IMG/VR virus record: IMGVR_UViG_3300047476_001680
Span: 24,751 to 88,750 of that record
DNA: 64,000 nucleotides
Direction: 5' to 3' (one strand)
Source: a virus
Shown: positions 9,495-19,649 of the stretch, in pieces
Layout: the number at the start of each line of letters is the position of its first letter
Position numbering within the stretch: the first letter of the stretch is position 1
The notes under the pieces: generated by a model
Seen by the model: only the letters and a program-made list of their open reading frames with translations
Told to the model about the DNA's origin: nothing
Databases searched by the model: none
Position numbers and translations under genes: made by a program

Positions 9495-10601
9495 TTATGT
9501 CCCCACTGAGTATTTACTACTGAAGTCGTAGCCGGGTTTCATCATTTCTATTTGCTGCATTTCATAATCTGAATCTGACCAGCAGTAATCATATTCTTGT
9601 CGCACGCCATCAACTTCAATTGCCTGAATGTTTAGATGATTTCCCAATATTTTCCATATTTGCTGTGCATCAGTGGTACCAAAGCTTCCCATCAAATCCA
9701 CTTGACCAATGGGTAAATACCCTAAACTTAATTTTGGATCATTAAGGGCTCTACCATTGCGGGTCAACCACTCCTTGAATTTATCCTGCTGTTCAGTATG
9801 CCAGTAGGCTGGTCCACCATAGACCACATCATTGCCCCATTCTACGTCGAACTCGCCACTGTAGAATTTTAGCTCAGTTATCGCCTCACAGACGGTGTCA
9901 GTTAAATCAGGAGCACCCTCATCTCTAAAAACTTCAAACAATGTTTTTCCAATCTGTGTCCAGTGCATATACACCCCACCTAGCACTCTATCGTAACCAT
10001 TGATGGAAAATAACTCCCTGTGCTCATCAGTTAATAGATATCTTGGCGCTTGTAGAAAGGTAGTTATCTGGCTGGGTCTAATCCAGAAAGGAACAGTTTG
10101 TAATTTTCTCTGACTTAAAACATAGCTTTCTAATTCGTGACAGATATTATTAAGTTGCCTTATGGCATACTTGGTCTCGTAGTTTGCCTTCTTATAATAA
10201 TCACTTAACTCCCAAACAGTACCTTGTAACACTTCAAAGTGATTGTGAAGCAAGTTAAAGACTTCGTGATTGGGACCTAGATCCTGATCATCGGTCCAGA
10301 GATCTTTTGTGTACTTTTCTGAAATTGTATAGGAATCTTTAAAAAAATTATTGATAGTATCAATGTGTTTGTTTAAATTCTCGGTAAGATATCCCAGATT
10401 CCTAGCAGTATAAGGGAATCCCATAAAGCAATAATTTTTTTCTAGGTGCTTATTATTATGTAATAGTTCTTTAAGTGCAAAGAGCCAATCCCGTGCAAGA
10501 ACGTTGTCTGCAGGAATTATATTGTATTCTATAGTGTCTTTTTTATTCCAGGGATTGGATAATATTACTTTAACTAATTGTTTTGTACCAGTCATAGACA
10601 T
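9495..10601 (-). CDS. Hypothetical protein of the modification cluster, 368 aa
   Basis: Long ORF coupled to its neighbours, with LHNHFE and NNICHELE motifs. No family recognised. Confidence 0.75.
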   Translation of the reverse strand: MSMTGTKQLVKVILSNPWNKKDTIEYNIIPADNVLARDWLFALKELLHNNKHLEKNYCFMGFPYTARNLGYLTENLNKHIDTINNFFKDSYTISEKYTKDLWTDDQDLGPNHEVFNLLHNHFEVLQGTVWELSDYYKKANYETKYAIRQLNNICHELESYVLSQRKLQTVPFWIRPSQITTFLQAPRYLLTDEHRELFSINGYDRVLGGVYMHWTQIGKTLFEVFRDEGAPDLTDTVCEAITELKFYSGEFDVEWGNDVVYGGPAYWHTEQQDKFKEWLTRNGRALNDPKLSLGYLPIGQVDLMGSFGTTDAQQIWKILGNHLNIQAIEVDGVRQEYDYCWSDSDYEMQQIEMMKPGYDFSSKYSVGT

Positions 10602-11862
10602 CTTTTCTTGTTGATAATATTTCTTCCAGGCAAGTACTAGCCTTGCGTCTTGATTCCATTTTTAATATTTGGTTTTTACCAGATGCTAGGTGCTTGATAT
10701 AATCGTCACCATACTGTTCCTGATAGGTAGGTCTGTTTTTAAGTTGTACCAGTATATCTTTTAGTGACCCTGAAACTTGTGGTACAAGTTCATCTACCCA
10801 GGGGTCTAAAATTTCCCTGGGCAGAGCCAAGGGCGATAAGATTATATCTGGACTAAAACTAAAAATGACCTTGGATAGCACATCTACCCCTAGCGTTTGC
10901 GCGAGCTGCTGTATTTTGACAACTTCAAACATTCCGGGCAGAGTGAGCGTAAAGTCAATTCTGAGCTGACGTGAGTGAGTTCTGATCTCAAGTCCTTGAC
11001 GGAAGTTCTCAAGCCACTGGTCGTAGTCAAGACCTGTTCTAATGTATTCTCCAATTGCTCCTGTACCGTCGAGGCTCGCACATATCTGCCAATCACGAAG
11101 CCCAGTAAGAATGTCACGGTAAAGATTAATACCGCGATAATTAATTCTAGATAAATTTGTGTTGTATCTTGCATAAACACGATGGCCGTCTCCTAATTCT
11201 ATTATTCTTGCCATATAACGCCAATGTTGTTCATACATTAGTGGCTCACCACCCACCCAGTAGACCTCTTCCACTCGGTGCTCTTCTACAGCTCTTCTGA
11301 ATTCTTCTTCGATTTGTGTGTCCTGAAAACTTTCTATTTTAACTCTGTTTTCAGATTTCATCCAATTGTTTTTCGGATTGGACCAGTCAATATCATTAAA
11401 CTGTCGGCGTTCTGATTCCCAACTACTACTTAGCATATCGCCACACATACGACACTTAAAATTACATAGGTTACTGAACCTATAATCCCAACTAACAGGC
11501 TGCATAGTGGTGTAACCAGTGTTGTCTGTTTTAGCCATTGCCTCCGAATACTTATGCCCAAACAGTTGATTAAAATAACTACGGTAAACGTCGGTGTTAA
11601 GAAGTTTGTGGTTGCAGACTTCGCACTCAGGCAATTCTTGTCCTGACATCATACGACGTCTCACAGACTTCATATGTTCACTGTTCCAGTGTTCTTCTAG
11701 TGTTAGTGGACGATATTCTCCCGTGCCCGCATCAGTATCAATGTATTGTTGAAAGTTTTGCGCAGGTTCACGGCTAGCACAGCACATTCTTCGTTCAGTC
11801 TGCGGGCTTAGGTAGGTATGTACCCAGGGGGCCATACATAAAGTTTTGGGTTTATCTGACAT
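10570..11862 (-). CDS. Radical SAM protein with N-terminal twitch-like Fe-S module (subfamily A)
   Basis: N-terminal CMAPW...MCC...CEVC, radical SAM motif CNFKCRMC, and GGEP. Confidence 0.92.
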   Translation of the reverse strand: MSDKPKTLCMAPWVHTYLSPQTERRMCCASREPAQNFQQYIDTDAGTGEYRPLTLEEHWNSEHMKSVRRRMMSGQELPECEVCNHKLLNTDVYRSYFNQLFGHKYSEAMAKTDNTGYTTMQPVSWDYRFSNLCNFKCRMCGDMLSSSWESERRQFNDIDWSNPKNNWMKSENRVKIESFQDTQIEEEFRRAVEEHRVEEVYWVGGEPLMYEQHWRYMARIIELGDGHRVYARYNTNLSRINYRGINLYRDILTGLRDWQICASLDGTGAIGEYIRTGLDYDQWLENFRQGLEIRTHSRQLRIDFTLTLPGMFEVVKIQQLAQTLGVDVLSKVIFSFSPDIILSPLALPREILDPWVDELVPQVSGSLKDILVQLKNRPTYQEQYGDDYIKHLASGKNQILKMESRRKASTCLEEILSTRKDVYDWYKTIS

Positions 11863-12973
11863 AAGGGGTTAATTCAGGAAATACAGTTAACAAGTCTGTG
11901 CCACGATGTTGATCGTGGCGTTTGAAGAAACCTAAACTTTCCGCGAAACCACTTTCGTCTAGGTTAGTTGCATAACCCGTAGCGGCCTCAATTGACATTT
12001 TAGTAGTATTATTAACTGATAAGTTTTGTAGCATTTCGTATTTTTTATGCAAATGGTCACTTAACCCCAGTGGTAACCTCTGCGGATTCATAATTTCAGG
12101 ATCATCCACGGAGCATAGATACAGATTTTCTATATCATTCTGTAGTGCCCAGGTGATTAAATCAGGATATCTTAATAGGGATAGATTACTAAACGCAGTC
12201 CTAATATTAAATTGTTGATCGCAGTTTTTTAAGATATCAATACCCGTTAATATCTGTTCCCAACGAGAAGGGTAGCGTAAATAATCGTTGACTTCGTTGA
12301 CACCATCTATGCTAACATCTATATCAAAATCTTTAAAGTTTTCTTGTATCCGTGTCACTCGATCTGCTTTAATATTAGTGGCATTTGTAGTGAAATATAA
12401 TTTTATTTTTTTAGAAAGACCACGTTGAATTAATTCTTCTATAAATTGAAACGTTACTTTATCATAAAACGGCTCTCCACCCAGCAAACTAACTGTGGAA
12501 AAATTATACTGCTCAATAATCTCTAAAATTTTATCTCTTTTATCTTGAGATATATCAATGAGCCCAATGTCTTGGTTTTTGTTTAATACTTTTATTTCTA
12601 TTAGTTCTTTTATTCTGGGAAAGCTACTGTAACTACAGGGCAGACATTTTAAATTACAAGCATTGCTAGTAGAGATTAGAATTGTGCCATCATCAAAATC
12701 TCCCACTTCATAGTTTTTATCTTTTATGTTTTTACTAAATCTTAAACTGCTACCATATTTTTCTTCATTAGTTTTGCAGACTCTGCACTGATAGGGCAAT
12801 TCTCCATCTTCCAGGTGAGCTCTTTGTAGTTCCAAAATTTCAGGATGTGTGAAATAATTATATATATTAATGTCAGAGGAAGACGGCAAATAGGGAGGGC
12901 AGGGTTTAGATCTACCATACTCATCTATTATCATACCTTCATAAGGATTTACACAAAGTGGTTTCTTATTCAT
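11852..12973 (-). CDS. Radical SAM protein with N-terminal twitch-like module (subfamily A, divergent)
   Basis: CVNPY...PCPP...CRVC, then CNLKCLPC, GGEP, TTN and SIDG. Confidence 0.9.
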   Translation of the reverse strand: MNKKPLCVNPYEGMIIDEYGRSKPCPPYLPSSSDINIYNYFTHPEILELQRAHLEDGELPYQCRVCKTNEEKYGSSLRFSKNIKDKNYEVGDFDDGTILISTSNACNLKCLPCSYSSFPRIKELIEIKVLNKNQDIGLIDISQDKRDKILEIIEQYNFSTVSLLGGEPFYDKVTFQFIEELIQRGLSKKIKLYFTTNATNIKADRVTRIQENFKDFDIDVSIDGVNEVNDYLRYPSRWEQILTGIDILKNCDQQFNIRTAFSNLSLLRYPDLITWALQNDIENLYLCSVDDPEIMNPQRLPLGLSDHLHKKYEMLQNLSVNNTTKMSIEAATGYATNLDESGFAESLGFFKRHDQHRGTDLLTVFPELTPYVR

Positions 12974-14180
12974 ATCCCATTGCCTTTGCTATTTCATAGT
13001 GTGTGTCTTTGAAGTTTTGATTTCTATATTGATCTGTTTGCTTCATACGACGCAAAAATTCTCTGCCATCACTACCTGACCCGTTCTCTATAAAGCGTAT
13101 GACATTTTCTATTTCTCTTTGATAAAACTTACTAGACCAGAAAGTTGTTTTTAACTTGTTTAGGACTAACTCTTGAGCAGTGGGGGTCATTTGTTGTATA
13201 CTCATATGATCTGGACTATGTAACATATTAAAATAAACATTATCAAAACCCTTTTTGTCAGCCCAGTCCAGTAATTCATCTAGGTAATAGACATTTTGTA
13301 TGTTAACTGTAAAGCACAGCTGAGTGGTCAAATGAACACCGTCGTGTTGCTTGTAAGAACTGATAGCCATAATGTTATCATTCACCTCCTGCCATTTAGC
13401 ACCGTAACGCTCATATTCGAATCGTTTGCCGACATTGTCAATGCTAAATGCAATATCCACACGACCAAAATGTTGCCAGACCCAGGAATCCAAATTAGGG
13501 TCAACTGTACCATTGGTGTTATAATGAATATCAATATTTTTACTATAGCCCTGATCCACGGCAAACTTTAATAGATCAAAATGTTCTTGAATTAGGAAGG
13601 GCTCACCACCAGTGAATTCCATATACTTTATGTTAGGCAATAACTCTTTAAGATTATTCCAAAAATTTGTATCCTTGTCCCTGGGCCAGGCGCCCTGTTT
13701 GAGCCATTGGTAGGCTACGTGCTTCTCCTTGGGTACATTGGGTGTATATTTTAATTCTTCATCAGCCCACTTACTGCTGCTCCAGCTTCCGCAGATTCTG
13801 CATTTTAGGTTACAGATATTACCCAACTTTAAGTCAACAAACCATAATTGATCTGGTACTAAGTTTTCCCAATCAACATTTTTGTAAAGCTCTTTCAGTC
13901 GTATTCTGCTATTAATTCTTTTGCTAGTCCTACCCGCGGCCTCTTCCTCCCAGCATAACTGGCAAGTACTGGGCTTTTCTCCCTGTAGCATTTGTTTTCT
14001 CAAGCCTTGCATATATGAACTCTTATATGCAGTCACTAAATCAGAAGTGCGCAAATTTATTTTTTGTCCATTATCATCCGTAATTTCTTCCCGGGCCAGA
14101 CAACAAGGCCTCACTGTGCCCATAGGACTAGTCTCTATACTGACCCAGGGCAACATACAAATTGTTTCAGGTAGTTTCAT
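12966..14180 (-). CDS. Radical SAM protein with N-terminal twitch-like module (subfamily A)
   Basis: CMLPW...PCC...CQLC, then CNLKCRIC, TGGEP and YNTNG. Confidence 0.92.
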   Translation of the reverse strand: MKLPETICMLPWVSIETSPMGTVRPCCLAREEITDDNGQKINLRTSDLVTAYKSSYMQGLRKQMLQGEKPSTCQLCWEEEAAGRTSKRINSRIRLKELYKNVDWENLVPDQLWFVDLKLGNICNLKCRICGSWSSSKWADEELKYTPNVPKEKHVAYQWLKQGAWPRDKDTNFWNNLKELLPNIKYMEFTGGEPFLIQEHFDLLKFAVDQGYSKNIDIHYNTNGTVDPNLDSWVWQHFGRVDIAFSIDNVGKRFEYERYGAKWQEVNDNIMAISSYKQHDGVHLTTQLCFTVNIQNVYYLDELLDWADKKGFDNVYFNMLHSPDHMSIQQMTPTAQELVLNKLKTTFWSSKFYQREIENVIRFIENGSGSDGREFLRRMKQTDQYRNQNFKDTHYEIAKAMGYE

Positions 14181-15531
14181 ATTTTTTTAACTCTTGTAAT
14201 TCAGGAAAAACTTCAAAAAAGTTTTCACCACGTGTGGTATCCAATAATTTTACTTCATTTAGGAATCTAGGAAGTAAATGCTCGGCATTGTTTCCGTTGA
14301 TAAAGTTTAAAAGTCCACGATATCCAGAAGTAGCACGTTTCAATGGGTCTATGGGCTCAAGCCAGGCCAAATGTTCGTTATATTTTTGAGTCAATTGAAC
14401 TTTGATATCCGCTGGCAATATGTCTGCACGGTACCAATCAGGACCCTGGCAGACGTTTATGTTAAAATCTTTGGCATTGATTAGTCCCAGATCAGTCCAT
14501 TCTCTATGAAAGTCAGGAACGTGAAAGGCATTCATAGAACTCACAGTGGCCGCAATATAAAAATCCACGTGCGGTACCTCTTGTATCATTCTCTGTCTAT
14601 TATCCACAGTTTGATGCCATTTGGTACCTTTGCGCATAAGCTCTGCCCTTGCGCCGCTGGCATCTAGGCTAGCACCCACACTGACGTTTTTAAAATGTTT
14701 CCAAAATTCAAATACGTGCTTGTCCTTGAAGGCTAACTCACTAAAGTTAGTATTGTACTGTATTCTAATATCTGTTTTTCCGTGCTCCAATAACTTCTCC
14801 AGCATAAAATAATGCTCTTTCATTATCAGTGGTTCACCTCCAGCAAAATACACTTGTTCAAGATAGGGAATATGCGGCAACATTTGATCTAACATCGACT
14901 GTTCATCACCAGCAGCATATTCTATCCGCATCATTTCTCTACCCAATACATCTGGTTTTTTACCGTACTGTTTGACGTGTTCGTTATACCAGTTACTGCT
15001 AAAGATTGGCCCACAGGTTCTGCAACTAAAATTGCATAGATTACTAAATCGTACGTCCCAGTATCTAATCTTGAAATCTTGAACTGTGCCGTCGAGAGCT
15101 GTCTTTTCTACATCGTCAATATGGTGCCCATAGTTTCTATTACTGTCATATCTCATACTGAACAGTCCATTTTTTTCCTGTTCATAACATTTTTTGCACT
15201 GAACGCTGGGTTTTCCCTCCAGCATATTTTTTCGCATTTTGCGTAGAGGTCGCTGATTCCAGACTTCCTGCATAGAATTTTTTCTAAGATCTCCTATAGG
15301 ATGCCAGTAATCAGCAAGGCAGCAGGGGTAGGCGCGACCGTCAGGAAAGGCGTGCATATGAACCCAGGGTAACATACAAAAAGTGTCGCTTTCGGTCAGC
15401 AAATGTTTTTGCTTATCAGTGAGCTTTTCTTCGCTTACAAAGAAAGGTTTGCGATCGTTATACTTGTAACCTTTATTATAAAAACCCTTTACTCCTTGAT
15501 CTTCCTTATCCATTATATGCCCCTGTACCAT
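14167..15531 (-). CDS. Radical SAM protein with N-terminal twitch-like module (subfamily A)
   Basis: CMLPW...PCC...CKKC, then CNFSCRTC, AGGEP and YNTN. Confidence 0.92.
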   Translation of the reverse strand: MVQGHIMDKEDQGVKGFYNKGYKYNDRKPFFVSEEKLTDKQKHLLTESDTFCMLPWVHMHAFPDGRAYPCCLADYWHPIGDLRKNSMQEVWNQRPLRKMRKNMLEGKPSVQCKKCYEQEKNGLFSMRYDSNRNYGHHIDDVEKTALDGTVQDFKIRYWDVRFSNLCNFSCRTCGPIFSSNWYNEHVKQYGKKPDVLGREMMRIEYAAGDEQSMLDQMLPHIPYLEQVYFAGGEPLIMKEHYFMLEKLLEHGKTDIRIQYNTNFSELAFKDKHVFEFWKHFKNVSVGASLDASGARAELMRKGTKWHQTVDNRQRMIQEVPHVDFYIAATVSSMNAFHVPDFHREWTDLGLINAKDFNINVCQGPDWYRADILPADIKVQLTQKYNEHLAWLEPIDPLKRATSGYRGLLNFINGNNAEHLLPRFLNEVKLLDTTRGENFFEVFPELQELKKYETT

Positions 15532-16919
15532 TCTGCCAAGTCGGGAAACGTTTTTTCAAAATCTCTACCCCTTCTTTTATCAAACTGCACAAAGAAATTT
15601 TTAAAATCTTGCGCAAGATCTGATTTAATATATGTGACGTTTTGTTTGTCGTAATCTTGTTCTTCAAAAGTAATACCCTTGTGTGGAACTTCCACAGTCT
15701 TTAAGTATTCTGCCAAACGTTTTATTTGTACAATATCATCAGCATTAAAGTATTTTGAATTATCTGGATTGTCTATAAATTCCATTATATCATCACTGTA
15801 CTTTACTCTTTTTTCCATTGGTAAAATAAAAATATTTTGAAAAGCTGGGAATCTCACAAAATTAATATATGAACTTAATTTTCTTTTACTGCGTGTTTCT
15901 TGTCTAAAATTTTTGGACCATATTAAGTATTCTAAATATCCATCTATGCTCACAGCACTTATTGTGCTTTGTAGATGAATTTTATCCACTACTTTTTCTT
16001 TTATAAGTCTACGTAGATTTTTTTCAAATTGCACACTGTCTAGACCATCTCTCACATACTCTGCTTTGGTGCCAATATTTTCTATACTCACCAACATAAA
16101 TATTTCTTTTAATCTTGGTTTAGTTCGTTTTAAATGATCTATTAACTTATCCATAACATCGTCATCGTAGGATAAATTTGTAATAATACCTATTTTTTCT
16201 AAACTAGTATTTTCTTGTTCTGCACACCAATCCAGGAATCGCCATAGATAACCACCCATCGTGGGCTCGCCGCCAGTGAACAATATAAGTTTGAGGTGTT
16301 TATGGAGTTCCGTTTCCCACCACTTAAAGAAAGCTTCTATATAGGGATTATTTTCACGATCATTGTAGTCATACTTTACAGTATGATCCTGTGCACTGGC
16401 ATATTGATCGCTACCATTGGTAGTTAAATTAGTATATGGGCCGTTATTTCTCACATCCTTGGCCCAACTGCTGCTGATATAGGGACTACAATAGGTGCAG
16501 GCCAGCTGACAGGTTCTATCGAAGGCTATTTCTAGTTCTCGTAATTGTACGTCTGAATCAGGGTCAGCATCAAAAGCTAATTTTAACTCCTCGGGACTGT
16601 AGTTCATACTATATCGCATCCTATCGGATATAGCTTCTGGATTTGCTTCTTCAATGACCCAACAAAACTGACAATTGATGGGCTTCTCACCGCGAAGCAT
16701 CTGCGCTCTTTCAACCTTTTTTAATTTGGTATTATGAATAGCTGAGGGATTGGTTTTAATTTCTTCAGGGTCAATACTGTGTCCTGGATTGTGAAAGCAG
16801 CTCTGTGTGCCTCCCATCCAGAGTTGTATGGTAGCATAATACCACTTGTGCCCACAAAAGCTAGCTGACTTGGTGTCCAGATGTTTCTTTTTAAAAAATT
16901 TTATTTTCTGTTCATTCAT
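15513..16919 (-). CDS. Radical SAM protein with N-terminal twitch-like module (subfamily B)
   Basis: CGHKW...SCFH...CQFCW, then CQLACTYC and TGGEP. Confidence 0.92.
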   Translation of the reverse strand: MNEQKIKFFKKKHLDTKSASFCGHKWYYATIQLWMGGTQSCFHNPGHSIDPEEIKTNPSAIHNTKLKKVERAQMLRGEKPINCQFCWVIEEANPEAISDRMRYSMNYSPEELKLAFDADPDSDVQLRELEIAFDRTCQLACTYCSPYISSSWAKDVRNNGPYTNLTTNGSDQYASAQDHTVKYDYNDRENNPYIEAFFKWWETELHKHLKLILFTGGEPTMGGYLWRFLDWCAEQENTSLEKIGIITNLSYDDDVMDKLIDHLKRTKPRLKEIFMLVSIENIGTKAEYVRDGLDSVQFEKNLRRLIKEKVVDKIHLQSTISAVSIDGYLEYLIWSKNFRQETRSKRKLSSYINFVRFPAFQNIFILPMEKRVKYSDDIMEFIDNPDNSKYFNADDIVQIKRLAEYLKTVEVPHKGITFEEQDYDKQNVTYIKSDLAQDFKNFFVQFDKRRGRDFEKTFPDLAEWYRGI

Positions 16920-18271
16920 AGAGTGTTATACCATTCCACCAAGGAGGGGAAACTAACCGCAAAGTCTTTTCCTCTACGTTGATCATACTGGCTATAAAAG
17001 TTTTTAAAGTCCATACGCAATTTTGAAAGTTCAAATGCTTCACTATGTGGAGTTTCCACTCGATCAAGATAATTTATCAATCTTTTCACGTGGGCGATTT
17101 CGTGCTCGTGCAGTCCTACGTGATTTTGCCAGATATCCAACCAATGCTGGAGCCTGCCTTTATATTTTGACTTGATGTCATCAGGCAATACTAGGGCACT
17201 CTGGAAGCTGGGAAACCTTAGTATATTTAAGGTAAAGTTTATACTGTCTTTACCAAAGTTACTTTTAAATTCCAACAATTTAGTTAAAAAATCTGGCAAT
17301 GAATCCAGGCACAATGCATTGATAGTGCACATAACGTGCACCCCCTTGATTGTTTTATTGCGCACAAGTAATTCTAGATTTTTAAGCCATTGGTTGTAGT
17401 CCAACCCATCTCTAATGTACTCCGCTTGTGGGCCCACACTTTCATTGCTGGTGTAAATTTCTAAATGTGGTATTCCCTCGACCTTGTCTAAAAATTCTTT
17501 CAGTCTTCCTTCATCGAATCCCAGATTGCTGTTTATGGCCAGCTTGGTTGAGCTCTTGTTGTCGTTACTAGTATACCAGTCTAATAGTTTCCAGGTGTAA
17601 CCAGACATAAGAGGCTCACCGCCGGTAATTCTTAACTCCTTTAGGCTCTTGTGTAAATCTGATTCCCACCAGTTAAAAAACGCAGTAATATAAGGGTTTT
17701 CTTCGCCGAACTTATAAAGTTGACTACTATCGTGAGTATGAGTAAAGTGGTTCCTACCATCACTAACCAAATTGACATAGGGTCCATTATTTTTAATGTC
17801 TCTAACCCAGGTGCTACTAAAGGCAGGATTACAATAAGAACAAGCAAATTGACAAGTGCGGTCAAAAGATATTTCAAGAGTCTGTAGGTTAACGTCACTA
17901 TCCGACGGTAAATTAAATGCATATTCGAGATCCTTATCATCGTAAATAACTGTTTTGTAAACACGATCACTGACATTATTAACATCAGCGTCTTCAATCT
18001 TCCAGCAATACTCGCAGCCACGAGGTCTTTCTCCCTGTTGCATCTGTTTACGTTCTGCTTTTTTATGACTAGTATTATGCAGAGCACGTGGATTACTCAT
18101 TACTTCTTGTTCAGACACGTGATGTGGTAAAGGATGATGGCAGCTAGTAGTCTGGCCACTGCCCAACCAAATGGTGGCATTATACCACTTGGCCGCGCAC
18201 CAACTTTCACTCTTGATATCTATTACACGCTTTTTATAGTCTAAATAGGTTTCGTTATTTTGTTTTGGCAT
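16916..18271 (-). CDS. Radical SAM protein with N-terminal twitch-like module (subfamily B)
   Basis: CAAKW...SCHHP...CEYCW, then CQFACSYC and TGGEP. Confidence 0.92.
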   Translation of the reverse strand: MPKQNNETYLDYKKRVIDIKSESWCAAKWYNATIWLGSGQTTSCHHPLPHHVSEQEVMSNPRALHNTSHKKAERKQMQQGERPRGCEYCWKIEDADVNNVSDRVYKTVIYDDKDLEYAFNLPSDSDVNLQTLEISFDRTCQFACSYCNPAFSSTWVRDIKNNGPYVNLVSDGRNHFTHTHDSSQLYKFGEENPYITAFFNWWESDLHKSLKELRITGGEPLMSGYTWKLLDWYTSNDNKSSTKLAINSNLGFDEGRLKEFLDKVEGIPHLEIYTSNESVGPQAEYIRDGLDYNQWLKNLELLVRNKTIKGVHVMCTINALCLDSLPDFLTKLLEFKSNFGKDSINFTLNILRFPSFQSALVLPDDIKSKYKGRLQHWLDIWQNHVGLHEHEIAHVKRLINYLDRVETPHSEAFELSKLRMDFKNFYSQYDQRRGKDFAVSFPSLVEWYNTL

Positions 18272-19649
18272 AATATTCGCATTGGCGCCAAAATTCAGAC
18301 ATTTCTGGAAATGATTTTAGAAAGTCTGTCCCCCGGCGGCGATCGTGTTCGTTAAAAAACTTATAAAAGTCAGCTTGTTGCATTGTAACATAATCTGGAT
18401 CAAGATTGCGACCTTCATTCATCCAATCTATCACACGCTGTAATCTCTGTAACTCATAATCTTTGAATCCTTTAAATGGCCTAGTTGGATCTTCCAGATT
18501 CTTCATTATGAACACCCAGCTTTCCTCTAGAAGATCAGAATACACTTCTGGTAAAATTTGTAGACTCTGATGTGTGGGCTGCCTAAGTATGGGCGTATCA
18601 AACCAAACTCTCTGATAGGTTTTGCTATATATCTCTCTAAGTCCCATAATGGCATTAAACAACTCACGGACACCAGTTACATTTAGAGCATTCATTGTGA
18701 TAATAAATGTAAGGCTGCTTCTATTGGGAACTTCATTTAAAAATCTATTTACATTATCCCAGAGCCTGTTAAAATCCAACCCATTTCTACCATATTCAGC
18801 TTTTCCCCCCACACAGTCCAAACTCACATACTGCATAAAGTGCTGTAGGTGTTTGGGTTCGTTGGTAGTTAATCTCTTTACATAGTCCAGATATTTTTCA
18901 AACAACTCTGGTTCTACACTGAAGTTACTGGTCACATCAAGATGTAGATCAGGACTGGGATTTTCCAGAACGTAATCAAATACTCTATAGGTATTGCGAT
19001 CCATCAAGGGCTCGCCACCAGTCATCCTAAAGTGTTTTAGTTTCGGGTAGAGTTCAGGCCACCAGGACCAAAAGGCATCAACATATGGATTATCTTCACG
19101 AGCGGGGATAGGTTTTCTCCGACCCAGGAAGTAACTAGGCTCGTTATGAAGATTACTAGTGGGATATGCTCCGTGCCTAGCAATTTCGTCAGCCCAACTG
19201 CTACTAAACTGAGGGCTACAATAACTACACTTAAGGTTACAAGCGTGATTAAAATTGACTTCCACATAACTTGGTATTTCATTTTCTTCTCCGGTACTAT
19301 TTACAATACGATCAAAATGTTCCGCGGCCCAGGGTTCGCCGCTGCGATAGTGCCTGTCACTTAAATTACCTAGGTCTTCTTGTGTCCAGCAATAGCTGCA
19401 CTCTTGTGGGCGTTCGTTGCGTAGCATAATTCGACGCTGTTCTTTTTTGTGCGGTGTATTATGTAATGCACTGGGATTGTCTTTTAGCAAGGATGCGTCT
19501 ATTTCGTGTAGCGGGGGATGATAACAACTATTTGTTAATCCTGTGGGCAAGTGAAGACTAACCTGTTGCCATTTAGCTAGGCACAAACCTTCCCCCAGTT
19601 TGGATTTCATTTGTTCTGCTGCTGAAAGAAAATCGCTTGACATTACCAA
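18255..19649 (-). CDS. Radical SAM protein with N-terminal twitch-like module (subfamily B)
   Basis: CLAKW...SCYHP...CSYCW, then CNLKCSYC and TGGEP. Confidence 0.92.
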   Translation of the reverse strand: MVMSSDFLSAAEQMKSKLGEGLCLAKWQQVSLHLPTGLTNSCYHPPLHEIDASLLKDNPSALHNTPHKKEQRRIMLRNERPQECSYCWTQEDLGNLSDRHYRSGEPWAAEHFDRIVNSTGEENEIPSYVEVNFNHACNLKCSYCSPQFSSSWADEIARHGAYPTSNLHNEPSYFLGRRKPIPAREDNPYVDAFWSWWPELYPKLKHFRMTGGEPLMDRNTYRVFDYVLENPSPDLHLDVTSNFSVEPELFEKYLDYVKRLTTNEPKHLQHFMQYVSLDCVGGKAEYGRNGLDFNRLWDNVNRFLNEVPNRSSLTFIITMNALNVTGVRELFNAIMGLREIYSKTYQRVWFDTPILRQPTHQSLQILPEVYSDLLEESWVFIMKNLEDPTRPFKGFKDYELQRLQRVIDWMNEGRNLDPDYVTMQQADFYKFFNEHDRRRGTDFLKSFPEMSEFWRQCEYYAKTK

